DNA from: Marsupella aquatica
Lineage: Eukaryota > Plantae > Marchantiophyta
Assembly (NCBI GenBank): GCA_973895155.1
Contig: OZ316899.1
Span: forward strand, 7,691,241-7,755,240
Length of the DNA stretch: 64,000 bases
Reading direction: 5' to 3'
Shown: one piece after another, positions 12,490-25,064 of the stretch
Layout of the letters: the number at the start of each line of letters is the position of its first letter
How positions within the stretch are numbered: position 1 is the stretch's first letter
Notes under the pieces: generated by a model
The model's input: only the letters and a program-made list of their open reading frames with translations
The model's database searches: none
Told to the model about the DNA's origin: nothing
Made by a program: the position numbers and the translations under genes

Positions 12490-15473
12490 ACGACACAATC
12501 GATTGCTTTTGCAAGCCAAAATCATTGCCGAATTGTGGTTTCAAATTCATCGGTGGGTCAAATAATACCAAATCTTCTAGAGGACTAAATCTTGACCTCT
12601 CACGCTCAGAAGGGTGTCCGACAAAGATTTTTTGCCTCTCTTCTTCATCTTCTTGAAGCTCTCTTTCCAGATTATGCATCACCCCATTGTCTTCGCTTGG
12701 GTTGGTATCCACGTTCTGACCATCCTGACGATACCCAGTTCCATGGTTCGTTCGAGGCCAGAATCCATCAAGTAATGGATAATCTACCCCTGCTAGCGAA
12801 GGAGAGCAAACTGTGTCCTGAAACACAGAAACAGTGTTTTCCCAGTATTGAATCTCTGGACTTCGAAGACGATATCCCTCTGATGTAACATCCTTCCATG
12901 CAGCCATGAGATATAATGGATCAAGTATTCCAAAATGTCATTCGCCCGCTTGTGAGAAGACTCCATCCGCTTGGAATAAGGACTTCCAATTGGAAATTTG
13001 TATTGGTTTCTCTCTAAGTCAAACAACCAAACTGTTTGACCCTTTGTAGGTAGCCAAGGCGTATCAATTTTCTCTCGATATTGGTAGACTGGGACATTCT
13101 CCTTCATTGAGAACAAGATCCTTTTGACAAATGGTCCTACATAAGCTTTGTAAGATGCAACTTTGCGGATGAACCTGGGAACCGGATGTTTCTTCTCGCA
13201 CTCCCAAACCTCCGCCATCAACCCAAAAAATGTGGTAAGCTCTTGATTGTAGATCCTTATCCCAACTCTAGAGAAGAAGGCATCCACATCCTCATGAGTG
13301 TGCCCCACCATCAAAAAGGAAAGAGTTACTGACTCAAACACTCCTCTTAGAACAAGCTCGCTACAGAAAGCCAGAACTGTCTGGTTCTTGTTATCCTTTC
13401 CCAAGTTATCAAGTTGAAGGTGGAGGTGTTGAGGAAGCGCCTTGAAGGGTAGGGATGTTGAAGGCTCTATGCAACTCTTGTGTGGCATCTCTGTGGCATA
13501 TTATCACCAAACCCTGCGAAGTGAGCGAGAGAGATCTTTTTGGTTTCAAGGTATCCTACCTCAAAGGCACGCCGATCCAAGAGGGGTACAAAGATTGGAT
13601 CTGTGACGTCAGAGGTGTTGAGAGCTAGATTGCCGGTCTTATCTCCCACAAACGATTTGAGATCACAAAATAACTTTGCAAGCGAAGAGACTGTAAAATC
13701 ATGATCGCTTGCCCACAAACCAGAAAGGGCAAAATGTGCATAAATTCCAGGCTCCCGTCCATGCATTAACATCCCCGTCAGTGTCATTGGTAGCGGGATT
13801 GATTTGCCTCCTTGGCTCTTGAGTGTAGAAGTCATTTTAGGGATTCCGGTCTTGGCTTGATCCATTTTATCGTGAATCACAGACAAATATTTGTCGAGCT
13901 CTTGGTCCGCCGCAAGTTTTGCTGCATAGTACATACTCCTGCGTGATTGTTGTTCCAACATATACCGTTTGCGCTTTGCCTTAATTTCTAAAATCTTATC
14001 CACCCGTTTCTCCCCCCAAAGTGTTTCTTTAATGGTCGTGCAGAGATCGCATTTTGCAAAGTTGCTCCGATCTTGGAATTGGAATTTGGGAAAATATTTA
14101 TCCAAAATCTTGTAGAAGGTTGGGAGAGAGGGCGAGTGAATACCCAGGTTTTTGTTAAGCTTGCAAGCCTCTTCAAAAACATCTTTTCTCCCGTAACTTA
14201 TTGGAACCCTGAAAACAACTTCCTGCTTGCCTGAAACACCAATTTTGTGAAGATGTGGCATTGGTTCTGCACATTTCTGCAGGATACTTTGAATTGATTC
14301 TGTGAACAACACAACGTAGTCTTTGGTCTTGATGGTCCCTTGATTCCCATGAACACCAACTTTTGCTCCCTCCATGTATCAAGAATACATTGTGTAAAAT
14401 GTTCCTCGAGAAAATCCATGAATATTCCAGAAAGCTTCCTTGCAGATCCTGCTTCCCTTGAATACAATCATGCCTGGGGCGATGGTTTCATTGTCACGAC
14501 AGTGAAGATGATTGAGCACGTAAGTGTGGTGCTCAACATGCAATAGACCATAGTACTCTTCCCTAATGTCAGTGACGGTCTCATGGAGTTGTCGTCGACA
14601 ACAACTCTGTGAGCAACAATCAACCTGATAAAGAGTATCTATGGACACCCGAGACATCTTTTGATTGCGTCTTTTCTTGAGTCATTTTCTCTCCTTCTGG
14701 TTTGAATCTTGAGGATTTCTTTGTTGATTGTTATAGCCCCTTTTTGGCTTGATATATGAGAGAATTGTAACTTCCTCATCGTTACCATCATTCCGATCTA
14801 AAAGATCACTAAGACATTCCATTCCAGGCTCAATCCTAGTTTTGCTGATTGGCCATCGAACTGTGCATGGTGATCCCTCAACAAATTGAGGGAACAGAAC
14901 TTTTCCCAAGCCAGCTTCAATAGCTAGACTCAAAATATTCACACCAACATGATCTTCCCCAACTCGCTCGTTGTTAATGGACGCGAGAGGATGTGGGTTT
15001 ATGATGCAACCTCTTGCGAGCAAGGTTTCTTCGTCGTCCTCATAGAGAAGGGCAAACTTTTTGAACCATGTGCTACGATCTTTCAGATCCTCCGCAAAAA
15101 CCTCTGTCCCCTCCAGTCCGGTGGTTGATTCAGAATTACCTTCAATATTGTCAACTAGGTCATCAATGACATAAGGTGACTCTGTTTGACCTCCAAGATT
15201 CATGTCATTTGCATGGCGGACATCTTGCCGATCCCACAAAACAATAGAGTTCACCGACTCTCCTACTAGATCAGCTCCCGGATGTGGATACGGCAGTTGT
15301 GCGAGGTGAAAGAAAGCATTGTCCACCGCCACACTTATCCGTTCTACTCCAAGCAAAACAGAGTGGCAGGTGTCGAAAGGTAGAACACAAAAAACCTTTC
15401 CACCAGCAACTGGTTGTTCATTGATAAGCAGGTGAACGACATCTCTAGGTAGAAGCTGCGTTCTTGAAGCCAT
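12490..15473 (-). pseudogene. Sola1-like (DUF7869-type) DDD transposase with N-terminal tandem Tnp1/DUF8039-like domains; two in-frame TGA stops and frameshifts
   Basis: ORFs 14682..15473, 14379..14657 and 13467..14375 share one frame. Motifs: CC...CC, ICKEAFWNIHGFS, FAKCDLC, HDKMDQAKT, LQLDN.GKDNKN, FLMVGHTHEDVDAFFS. Confidence 0.82.
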
Positions 15474-15991
15474 TTTGGATCTGAGGAAAACAATTGCAAC
15501 AAAAACATCTTTTAAAACATCCTACACGAGGCTCGTGTGAAAGTCTCTAACTCTAATGTAAGCAAATATCATAGAACTGAAAATTCAACTCCTGTTTAAA
15601 CAAGCAATGAAGACAGTCATCTAAAAAGTTGAATGTTCTTTCATTAAAGAGAAAATTCTATGTATCTTAGACGAGGGGAACAACATATGTATCTATATAC
15701 TCATGTTGTTGCACTGCAAATCAATGGAACAACGAACATGTGAACAATAAGACATATTGTAGTGTGTTATCTATGTATATGGAAAATGTAAATCTCTCTC
15801 TCTCACGCTTGGCCCTCAGATTGTTTCACGCTCTTTCACGCTCGCCTCGAACGATACGCTCTTTCACACTCGCCTCGGACTATAAAAGGACCTCGGACCT
15901 TGGACCTTGGATCATTTGTGTTTTCTATTTGTTTTTGCTCAACTCATCGGTGCTTGACATTGTTGTGGAGGAGTTCGCACGTGCGAAGGGA

Positions 15992-18900
15992 ATGATGACT
16001 TCTTTGGCAAAAAATGACGCTGGATTACTTGCTTTGGCTGCATTGAGGAAGCTCAAAGGTAATTCTGACCTACATTTCTCTCTTTTCTATGGATTGTGCT
16101 AAACTTGAGTCTGCTCTACACGAGAGTCATGTAGAATGGGTCTCTTTCATCGAACCATACTCTCTTTTTGAGAGCCCTTATGTCAGAATTTAGAATTTCC
16201 TGTTTAGTTCTACGCGAGTCTCGCGTAGAATCGTTTCTCCAATCTTGGAAGAAATGGATTTCTACGCGACTGTCATGTAGAAACTCAGGTTCTGTAGAGT
16301 GTTAAATACTTGTTCGGAGATAGTATCATTTGGAATCAAAACATTGTTCATGTGACTTTGTTCTTTCAACTTTTCTAGAGGAAGCGCTCATCGCAAGGAT
16401 GATTTTGAGAAGATTTAGGGATTGTTGCAAAAAAGTATTTCTGCTTTTGATATGAGTTTGATGGAGAATTCCATTCTCCAAAAAGCGTTGCAGGATGAAA
16501 AGGAAGCAATAGAATACGAGCGGGAGCAAGTGTTTGCAAAGTATCGATGGGCACAGATCCAGTGTCACGCGATTGACATGGGTCTTAACACCAAAAACGT
16601 CACTATGGGTGCCAAAATTATCTCCTTGTTCCTGAGGATCACGAAGGGATGTTGTGAAGGCCGGTAAACACCAATTTATGCCCTTAACACCAGACTATCA
16701 TAGCAAGACTCCGTCACACATCACCCAAGCTCAATCCCTAAGAACCAAGGTTGGGAATCAGATCCTGTGCTCATGATAGTTTTGGTGAGAAGGGGTCTTC
16801 ATATCGGGCCCGTACACACAGGGCCTAGCGCTACGGTGCGCATATGTCTATACGCATGCTTACTGTCATAGGTATATTTCTATTCCGCCACCGGAATGTT
16901 CCCATAAACCAGTGACTCCTGACCGGGGCAATGGCTTAGGGACTTCTAAGCCATTGCCCCACCACTTTGCCATTCCACTCTCAGCAATCAGAGTTGTGAC
17001 AGCCCTCGCCCAACCCACTTCAATGCACCCGGTACACCTCTCAGTGGCGCTGCTGGTCCCATCATACACTCAGATTTCTTCACACACACACACATCCATG
17101 AGAGAAATGAGTCTTGAGAGGAAAAATCAATTAGATTCAAAGATGTGCACAATAGTTCACTGAGAACACTTGATCCGAACACTAGGCCCGAAGGCTGTCT
17201 CCTCCAGATTGCGACGTGCTTGCCCTGCAAGCCCCGTGCTTGCCATGCAAGCTCAATCCTGAACCTGAGCCCGACTCACTCCAGATTGTGACGGCAAATT
17301 TGGACTCGAACCAATCCGTAATTGCCTTGCAAACTCAATCCTGAACTCAACCTCCTTCATTGCACTTCATTCTTGGGGGCACGTATAGATCTCACACCTC
17401 CATTTGTCAAGTACGCATGCACAGTTGACTCGACTTCAAAGCTCGTACCAGGCCTAATGGCGATCTACCCCAGACTATAATGAGGCCCGGCCTCATGCTT
17501 GCCCTGCAAGCTCAGCTCTGGCCATAAATCCCTTAGTGCTCTCTACCAGACAAAGGCCGGGACTCCCCATGGATCACGTAGCCTTACCAGACTAAACTGT
17601 AAATGCTCCTCCTGCTGCCCCTCAATCAGTATCTCAGCCTCCTTAATGTGCGCACCGCAAATCACATTGAAATCCTCCCCACAATTTACAATCACCAACA
17701 CATCACCTATCACCAAGGCTCTATATCGGGGGAAAAGGACCCAGTTGTGTTGCCTACTAGAAAGAGCCACAATCCAGCTTGCAAACCTGGCCAACTGTTG
17801 TTGTGAAGCGTGGCTGATTACTCCCTAAGTAATAGCACAACCAAGCTCTCCCCAACACACAGCTTCCAAGCCCAGCCTTCCTTGCACAGAGCTCCTCCCT
17901 GCTGCTCAATCCACATGAGATCACACAACTGAAGTTCTCCCCCCCTTGCCTCTACCGGGGGGCTGCTCTATATACTCTCATACTGAGCCCAAATGGGTGG
18001 ATACTACGCTGCTGGAGCCCCATCCCAGCCCTAACAGAGCCGCCACTATCTCTAACTACTGAACCCTAACTCGCAACTTTATTTCTATCTCGAATTGGCT
18101 ATGTACTTCGGATTTGGCCCTCCTCCATGGTTTTTGCGAGCTTGCGCCTCCTCTCCCAATTTCTCTATTCAACCATTTGCTGCGTGGATAGTAGCGTTGG
18201 AAGCGGCTTGAGCTCCTCTTTCCAACGAGGTCAATTATAGCCGATTTGGTCAAATACACAGAGAGTTAATCCCCCACAACCGAGAGAGGGTACTCACTGC
18301 TACGCTAACCCGAGTTACATAGCTAACCCGAGTTTGGCTAACCTAGCTATCCTATCTAACCTGAGTAGAGCTAACCCGTGGTCTCGGGTTAGGCCGCTAC
18401 CCACTATCCGCTAACCTAGGCTAAGGTGAGCCTGAACCCGAGCTTGCCTATGCTAACCCGAGCCTGAGTTTAGGCTAACCCAAGTTCAATCTAACCCGGG
18501 ATCAATCTAATCCGAACCCGGGTTAAGCCTAAGCTGAAGCTGTGCTGACCTGAGCTAAGCTGAAGCCGTGCTTACCTGAGCTAAGCTGAAGCCGTGCTTA
18601 CCTAATCTAAGCCGTGCTTACATGAGCTAAGCCGTGGCCGAGCTTAGGTTAACCCGAAACCGGAGCCGAATCCGCTCATTCCGGCCATAAGTTAACCCGT
18701 CACACTAATCACACCGTATCTTCCTTAATACACCTCTATGTCCCAAGTGTTTTATATCGATTTTACTCGCCTTGACCAGATCTTTCCAATGCTCTTTACA
18801 GATCCGGATTTGGTGACATATTGAAAGAGATATGGTCACCGACCACCCGCGACATAGCTTTTATTTCCCTACTCTTAACGCCATGATTGCCCTTATTCTT

Positions 18901-19280
18901 GCCATCTTGCTAATTGTTATGCAATATCAATAGCTACTCCTTGCATACAGCAGCCTAGTTAATCAGATTAAAGAATAAGGACCATGTCATCGGCGTCACA
19001 TCCAGCATTTGACTACTTGCGACGTAGCGGCAAAGTCCATCAAAGCTTCTCTTGAGATGGAGAAGTTTTGAGATCGTGAAGTTCATGACTTGCGACAGGA
19101 GCTGGCCGATGGCCGAGAGAGGGAAAGACAATTGGATACCAAAGTGCGATGGATTGAATTGGGAAAAAAAATTGTTGCCTTCATGGCCACATGTGTGCGC
19201 ATACTTTGAGTTAGGGTTCTCTTATGTTTCTAGCGGATCGGATTGTTTTCTTAAATCTGGACAATGTTTTGACTCCGAAT
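15992..19280 (+). pseudogene. coiled-coil hypothetical gene with a probable intron (about 16059-16378), split by solo LTR B2
   Basis: QKALQDEKEAIEYEREQVFAKYRWAQIQ ends at the TSD and charged coding-like sequence resumes after 19005; GT...AG boundaries. Confidence 0.4.
16563..19000 (-). mobile_element. solo LTR, family B copy 2 (2438 bp)
   Basis: TGTCACG...CGTCACA on the + strand; perfect TSD TCCAG (16558-16562 and 19001-19005). Confidence 0.95.
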
Positions 19281-19531
19281 GATGATGAGCTCAAATGGCT
19301 CATAAGACTATCTCCAGAGTTCTGATAGTCATTTTTTGCGGGACCGTTTACACGCCAAAGAGGCCATTTTGTAAAGGATGTTTTGACATCATTTTGCTTG
19401 TAATGAATCAATAGTTTGTCGTGCAGATGTTTGACATATTTCTCCTTGTCTTCTAGGAGTTTGCTCTGTTTTATTTCCGTTTTGACAGGCTTCGGATTGA
19501 AACTCCAACGGTTGCAAAACTTGAGAATATT

Positions 19532-22500
19532 TTGGCGAATGTGAATTCATGGTCTTTTGAATTGCAACCAGTCAAAGACAACTACCGTTTGATTGTGAGG
19601 GGAGTTAAAACAGAAAATGGGCAAAGAAACTTTGTGAGTTTTGGCACTCTCACAGACTGTACAAGATTTGCGTCCCCAAAGGACAACCCATCTCTTCTGC
19701 TGACATTGGAGTCTGAGAGTTCTTGGAATTTCAAGCAGATGGTTGCTCCACTTCATGGGTTTTGCTCAGCACATTGTCTTGAACCTTACAGCCAGGACGC
19801 AAATGTTGTCTCGTGCGGTTTCTTTGATCCTTTGGTGGACAGATGGCTCTCACCTGATCGGGTCTTTACGGTTCATGAAATAATTCTGGGGCTTGGACAG
19901 GTCTCCTATGTCATGAAGCAATCGGAATATTTTATCTCTCGGACACGAGAGGTGGATCACAAATGCGGATGAAGATCCCAGACGATGACTGGAGGAGAAA
20001 GATGACTATTTCTCCAAATGTTGTGTTCATGAAACACTTCAATGAGACAAAGGTGGAGGAATGGATTCAAGGGCATCCAGTAATCCAAGACTTGGTACGC
20101 CCAAAGAAGAAAGAAGTTGGTGAAAAGAGAGTGACGATGATGATGGGGAGGGAAAGGACGAGGATGACTTGTCCGCCTCTGGAGAGAGCAAGTCCCATGA
20201 AATGATATCAGTGTATGAGTCAGAAAATGAGGATGACGGAGAGGACGGAAGTGTCCAAGAAGAGAGCAAGAAGACTTTTCAGAATCGGGCGGGGTCAGAG
20301 AATGAGTCAGAGTCAACAAGTTTAGAAGGTGGAGTTGAACCAACCAACGATGATGTTGAGAGTGGGGAAATTCAACAAAATGAGGTCATCCCCCCAGCAA
20401 AGCCTCCAATAGAGAAGCGATACGCAAAGACTTCAAAGGGAGTTTCGCCCAGGAAGGGGAAAGCTGGTGTCGTGTCAGAGTCATCCACACCCAGTTGGAA
20501 GAAAAAAGGAGTGGACAAAAAATCACCATCAGAGAAACTAGGCCTGAAGAAGGTTGATTTTGAGAAAACAAAAGAAGAAGCTAAATTACCTCGGAAGAGA
20601 GTGAGAGTTGTTGATCAAGCAGATGAGCCGCCTGTGGCAACAACAGGCTGCAAGAAGGTTCAACGGGAAGAACAAAAAGAAGACAAGAAACCATCTCGAA
20701 AGAGAGTTCTTGTTTCTGACCAGTGCGAAGTCGTGCCTCAAGTGAAAGGTGGAAAAAATGTATCTCCGGTTGATAAACAAGAAGAGGCAACGTCTTCTCA
20801 AAAGAGAATTCAAGTTGTCAAGGAAGCGCAAGGAATCAAGGACAGAATACGAAAATCAAGCAAAGCAAAGAAAGTCGCTTCACCAACAAAACCTGAGGAG
20901 GAGAAACCGTCTCAAAAGTCACGGGTTGGACAGAAATCTATGTCGGTCAGGAAGAAAGTTGAGAAGGTTGAACCGGAGATCAGGACGCTGAAGCAAAAGG
21001 GAGTCGTAAAAGATCCTGCACCAAAGGGAAAGAAAAAAACAAAACTTGATGTTGAATCAGTAGTTGTGGAATCAAGGGCAAAGCCTCCTAAGCGAAGGGG
21101 AACGACCACAAAGTTGGCTGAAATTGTTGTGAAAACTCCCATGGTCAGAGCCGTGGAGAAGAAGGCCCCAAACGTTGAGAAGAAGGTTGTCATCACCTCT
21201 CAAGTTGTCGTTCGCAAGCCCAAGAAGGCAAAGAAAAATCAGGAAGCTGTGGATATTGACGAGAACCCTAGTTCCACGAAGCTAGTTGTCGACCGTGCTC
21301 GACTGGAGATTGCAAAAAAAACATTGGAGTTGAATAAGTCTTGGTATTGTTTCGGGATATCCAAATTTTTTTCTGTCCCGGTTGAAAACATCCATCCCCC
21401 TCCTACAAAGATGAATGAGAGACTCCTCAATGAGGAGCATGTCAACCATCTTGCGCAACTGATGATGAAAAATGCAGGGCAAGAACCTTTACCTGCAGAT
21501 TTGGTTCCTTACAAGATGATCCACGGAGTACCGAGTTTAATTGACCTTGCGGGAAAGGATATTGACACCAAGAAGCTTGTGGAATTCAAGTTCTTTGCCA
21601 TCAGTGGTCAACATTCCACAGTGGCCGCCAAGAAAATTATTCAGAGTTCAAAGACCCAACCATCTCTCATGCAAACAGCCAATTTACTCAAATATTGTCG
21701 AGCGCGAATTCTCAAAGGGTCAACTCCAGTGAAAGTTCTTGTAGAAATTTCACACGCGAACAACCTTCAGGCGGAGGCACATCGGTTTTCATCTCCATTT
21801 ATTGATCAATTGAAACATGCAAGAATGCAATACAATGATATGGGGCAACCAGCTCGTCCACTTCCATCGAGTCATAAATCTCTAGAATTTCAGGTAGGTT
21901 CTCCATGAGATGTGAACAAAATTCAGATAGTTTGTCCTTCTCTCCTTTCTACGCGAGAGTCGTGTAGAGCCTTTCCAATATTTTGGGCTAACTTTGAGTT
22001 GTTTGGTCTTTCCTCCCAGGAGTATGAAACACTTGGGAAAGGTACGTTAAAGGTGAATAGCATCAACGAGTACAATTGGATTTTGTTTGCTCCCGAGAAG
22101 CTCTACTCTTTATGGAGAGAGGTTTGCAATAATTGCCTCAAGGGTAATCTTTTGGATTCAACCGGACAAATGACAGGAAAATCAACAGAAGCAAAATAGT
22201 TGACAGGGACAACATTCCGGGTTTTTGAGGGTGCCGTAGAATCCGACATCTTGGAAATCCTCCACAAAGTGAATTTGGGGGAGGCGCTTTTGATGAAAAA
22301 GAAACATGCTTTGACTGATCTTCCCGCCATGTGAGAATTGGCAAAAAAAGTAAAGTATACTGACAAACTTAAGGGGGCAATACTTTGATTCTATCAAGAG
22401 AAGTACGAAGGGGTTTTCTTGCAAGGATCGACTTGGGGTGATGTAGTTCAGCAATATAATTTCACTGATGAGGAATTGGATCGTTGTTGTGCAATGGTGG

Positions 22501-24925
22501 ACACTGGATATTTCAAGAGCCTTGTGAAGGTGTCATTAAAAGCAGAGATGCCGGAGCCACTGAAAGAATAGGTTGAGAAATATTCACCAAAAGAGGTTTG
22601 GCGGCCATCTCCGTGCAAGGATGGATCCTTACCGAGTCTTCTATACTGGAAATCTGCTCGCGTCTGCTGATCCTCCTTTTGATTCGGCTAGCTGCAAGGA
22701 GTCAACATTGGCATCTCTAGCGATTGTTGATTTGACCCATACTGGAAAACTAGTTTGGACGCAGTCCAAAATCTTCAACTTCTTGAAGATCGTCGTGAAT
22801 ATCCCAACAAATGATCTGGTAACAGTTGTTTTTTTTGTTCGTCCTGGTATTATTCTTGCAAGAATAATTGAAGCTGTTCGAGATCTCCCGGAGAACTATA
22901 ATGCGCACCTTGAATATGGTTTGTTCATGAGGAGTTCTATGGTTAATGCTCCTTCGCAACACATGAGAGGCGATGCGGACATGGTTCTTTTCCTTTGCGT
23001 CTCCCAAGATCGGGTTCCTGATTGGGAAAAGCATTTCAAGGATTTTACTGGTCACTTTGTGTTGGAGGAGTCCGACCTCGAGGAGACAATCAAGCCAAGT
23101 CAAGAGGATTATTCCAATATTTTTAAGGAAGATATGCAGGAGACATTGATCTCACGACTTGAAGGCCTTGTTCCTTTCAAGTTGACGACTGGACGGCCAT
23201 TCACATTGAATATTAAGCGCGCCCAGTCGCATCCTACAGAGTTTTATTCATGCATTTTCTTTGAGGGAGGAAATTGTCCTGGATTTTTTCACAGGAGGGC
23301 AGGTACTGAAGAATGCATTGATGCTTGAGCGTGAGTGTTTTTCATTCTGCTCTGACCGTGAGGATGTCTCTGACCTCACGGCTTATGCAAAGAATCTTAA
23401 ATTGTTAGTTCCGGTTGCACAGTTTGCTAAATCATTGTGGAAACCTCCTGGCCTTGAAGGGAGTTTGACTCGCAATTCCAATGCTAGTGGAGCAAAAGAG
23501 GGCCAGCATTATCAGATTGCCGCTACAGTTTTACATTACGTCGGGGTGGAAGCGGAGGAAAAGTTTCTGAGTTCCATTGGGGAGATGAGAATTGGTCCAT
23601 CAGTAGTTCCAATTGCAAGTCGTGAAGGATTTCCTCTTCTAATGGCTGAAGGAGGGTATGGTTTGATAGATAATTTTGAAAACTTACAGGCGGGCACGGG
23701 GTTGATTGCATTCAACGAAACTCTAGAAGATGTTGTGGGTGATGTCTCCCTATGCGCGTATTGTGTAGATTCTCAAAATTTGTTTGACCCTCCAGGGTTA
23801 GAGTGCAACAGAGGTGTTCAACAATCTCTTCTGGTTGATGCTTCAGTTCTTCCACGTGGCCCAATTTTTGATGATTGTGAGGCAAAAACTACACTCGAGG
23901 ATGTCGCAAAGGGGGTGGTGGATTGTGGACCCTTAAAAGAGATTGTTGTGGAGGAGGTTGGGATTGTGGAAAAAGATCACACTCCGATTGAATTTCAATG
24001 CAATGACAATGCTGACTCTCGTAGCGTTGAAGTAACAGGAGAGAATGATAACTCATTTTCTCTCACAGCAAATCTTCCTGAGGTGTCAGAGAGGCGAGTC
24101 GATTGTGCGGAGGCAACCAATGAGGCAGGTGCCAATTTCCTCTCTCTTGTCTCAAGTCATAAAGTTCTAAGCATAAACCAATGTCCTCTCCCATCTCCGG
24201 ATCCAATGGATAACAAAATGAGGATTGACAATTGCCTTAGTGATCTGTTGGATCAGGATGCGGTTCTAGTCAGGACTAATGGGTGCCTAATAACTTGTGG
24301 ACAGATGAGTTGCCTGAGTCCTAGAAATTGGATAAGTTCCGATATTCTAAATGCCTACTTAAGTCTCATAGTGGAGAGGAATGAACATTCCGACAGGGAG
24401 CTTCTTAAGTGCCATGTGTTTGACACTTGGTTCTATACTGCACTGACATTGAATGGCTACTCTTACCGCTGCGTGGAGGCTTGGACTTCACGACTGAAAT
24501 ATTTCTTAAGTGATTGTCATCGAATATTTGTCCCCATTCACGAAGGTGGCGATCATTGGGCGTTAGTTATGATTGACATGGAACACAAGTATTTAGAATA
24601 TCTCGATTCTCTCCATAACAATAGGCCAGAGGTTCTTGAAAACTTAGCCAGATATGTCGAGGATGAAATTCAAAGCAAAAGTCAGAAGCAAGTCTTGGCT
24701 ACTCTATGGCCAAAACATAGTCCCAAGGACATCCCAAGACAAATTGATTACTATAATTGTGGTGTGTTTGTTATGAAGTTTGCAAACTATCGTAGTTTGG
24801 ACCTTCCTTTTGATTTCACAGGAGAGGACATAGATTTGGAGAGGAGAGAAATCAATTTAAGTCTATTCAGGAATAGATTGAGCTTTCCTCCGCAATACAG
24901 TGATTTTTGCACGAGACGCGTGTAG
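19532..24925 (+). pseudogene. multidomain cargo gene: K/E-rich region, ParB/Srx-like domain, beta-class N6A/N4C DNA methyltransferase-like fold, Ulp1 (C48) protease
   Basis: ParB-like: VPVENIHPP..NERLLNEEHVNHLAQLM...FFAISGQHS..AA (about 21370-21770). Intron GT 21894-AG 22019. MTase-like: PSRILQSFIHAFSLREEIVLDFFTGG..LKNALMLERECFSF (about 23222-23350). Ulp1: WISSDILNAY, DHWAL, YLDSL, QIDYYNCGVFV. Confidence 0.7.
24250..24880 (+). CDS. Ulp1/SENP-like C48 cysteine protease domain (His-Asp-Cys triad intact)
   Basis: C-terminal part of ORF 23261..24925: IFVPIHEGGDHWALVMID, EYLDSL, PRQIDYYNCGVFVMKFA. Confidence 0.92.
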
Positions 24926-25064
24926 AGGGTGAGAGACGGGGTATTTGATTTCAAGGAGTGACTTGACTTCAAATGGTCTTTGGTCAAGACTGTTCCAATG
25001 ATTAACCATCCGGATTTGATATTTTTATGTTTGCAGAGTTTGTTCCTAAACTCCACTTAGAGAT

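Noticed and set aside
19532-24925. Bacterial or phage contamination suggested by ParB/MTase motifs
   Set aside because: The gene has a spliceosomal intron, is fused to eukaryotic Ulp1, and lies in an element with a TSD and a nested plant solo LTR.
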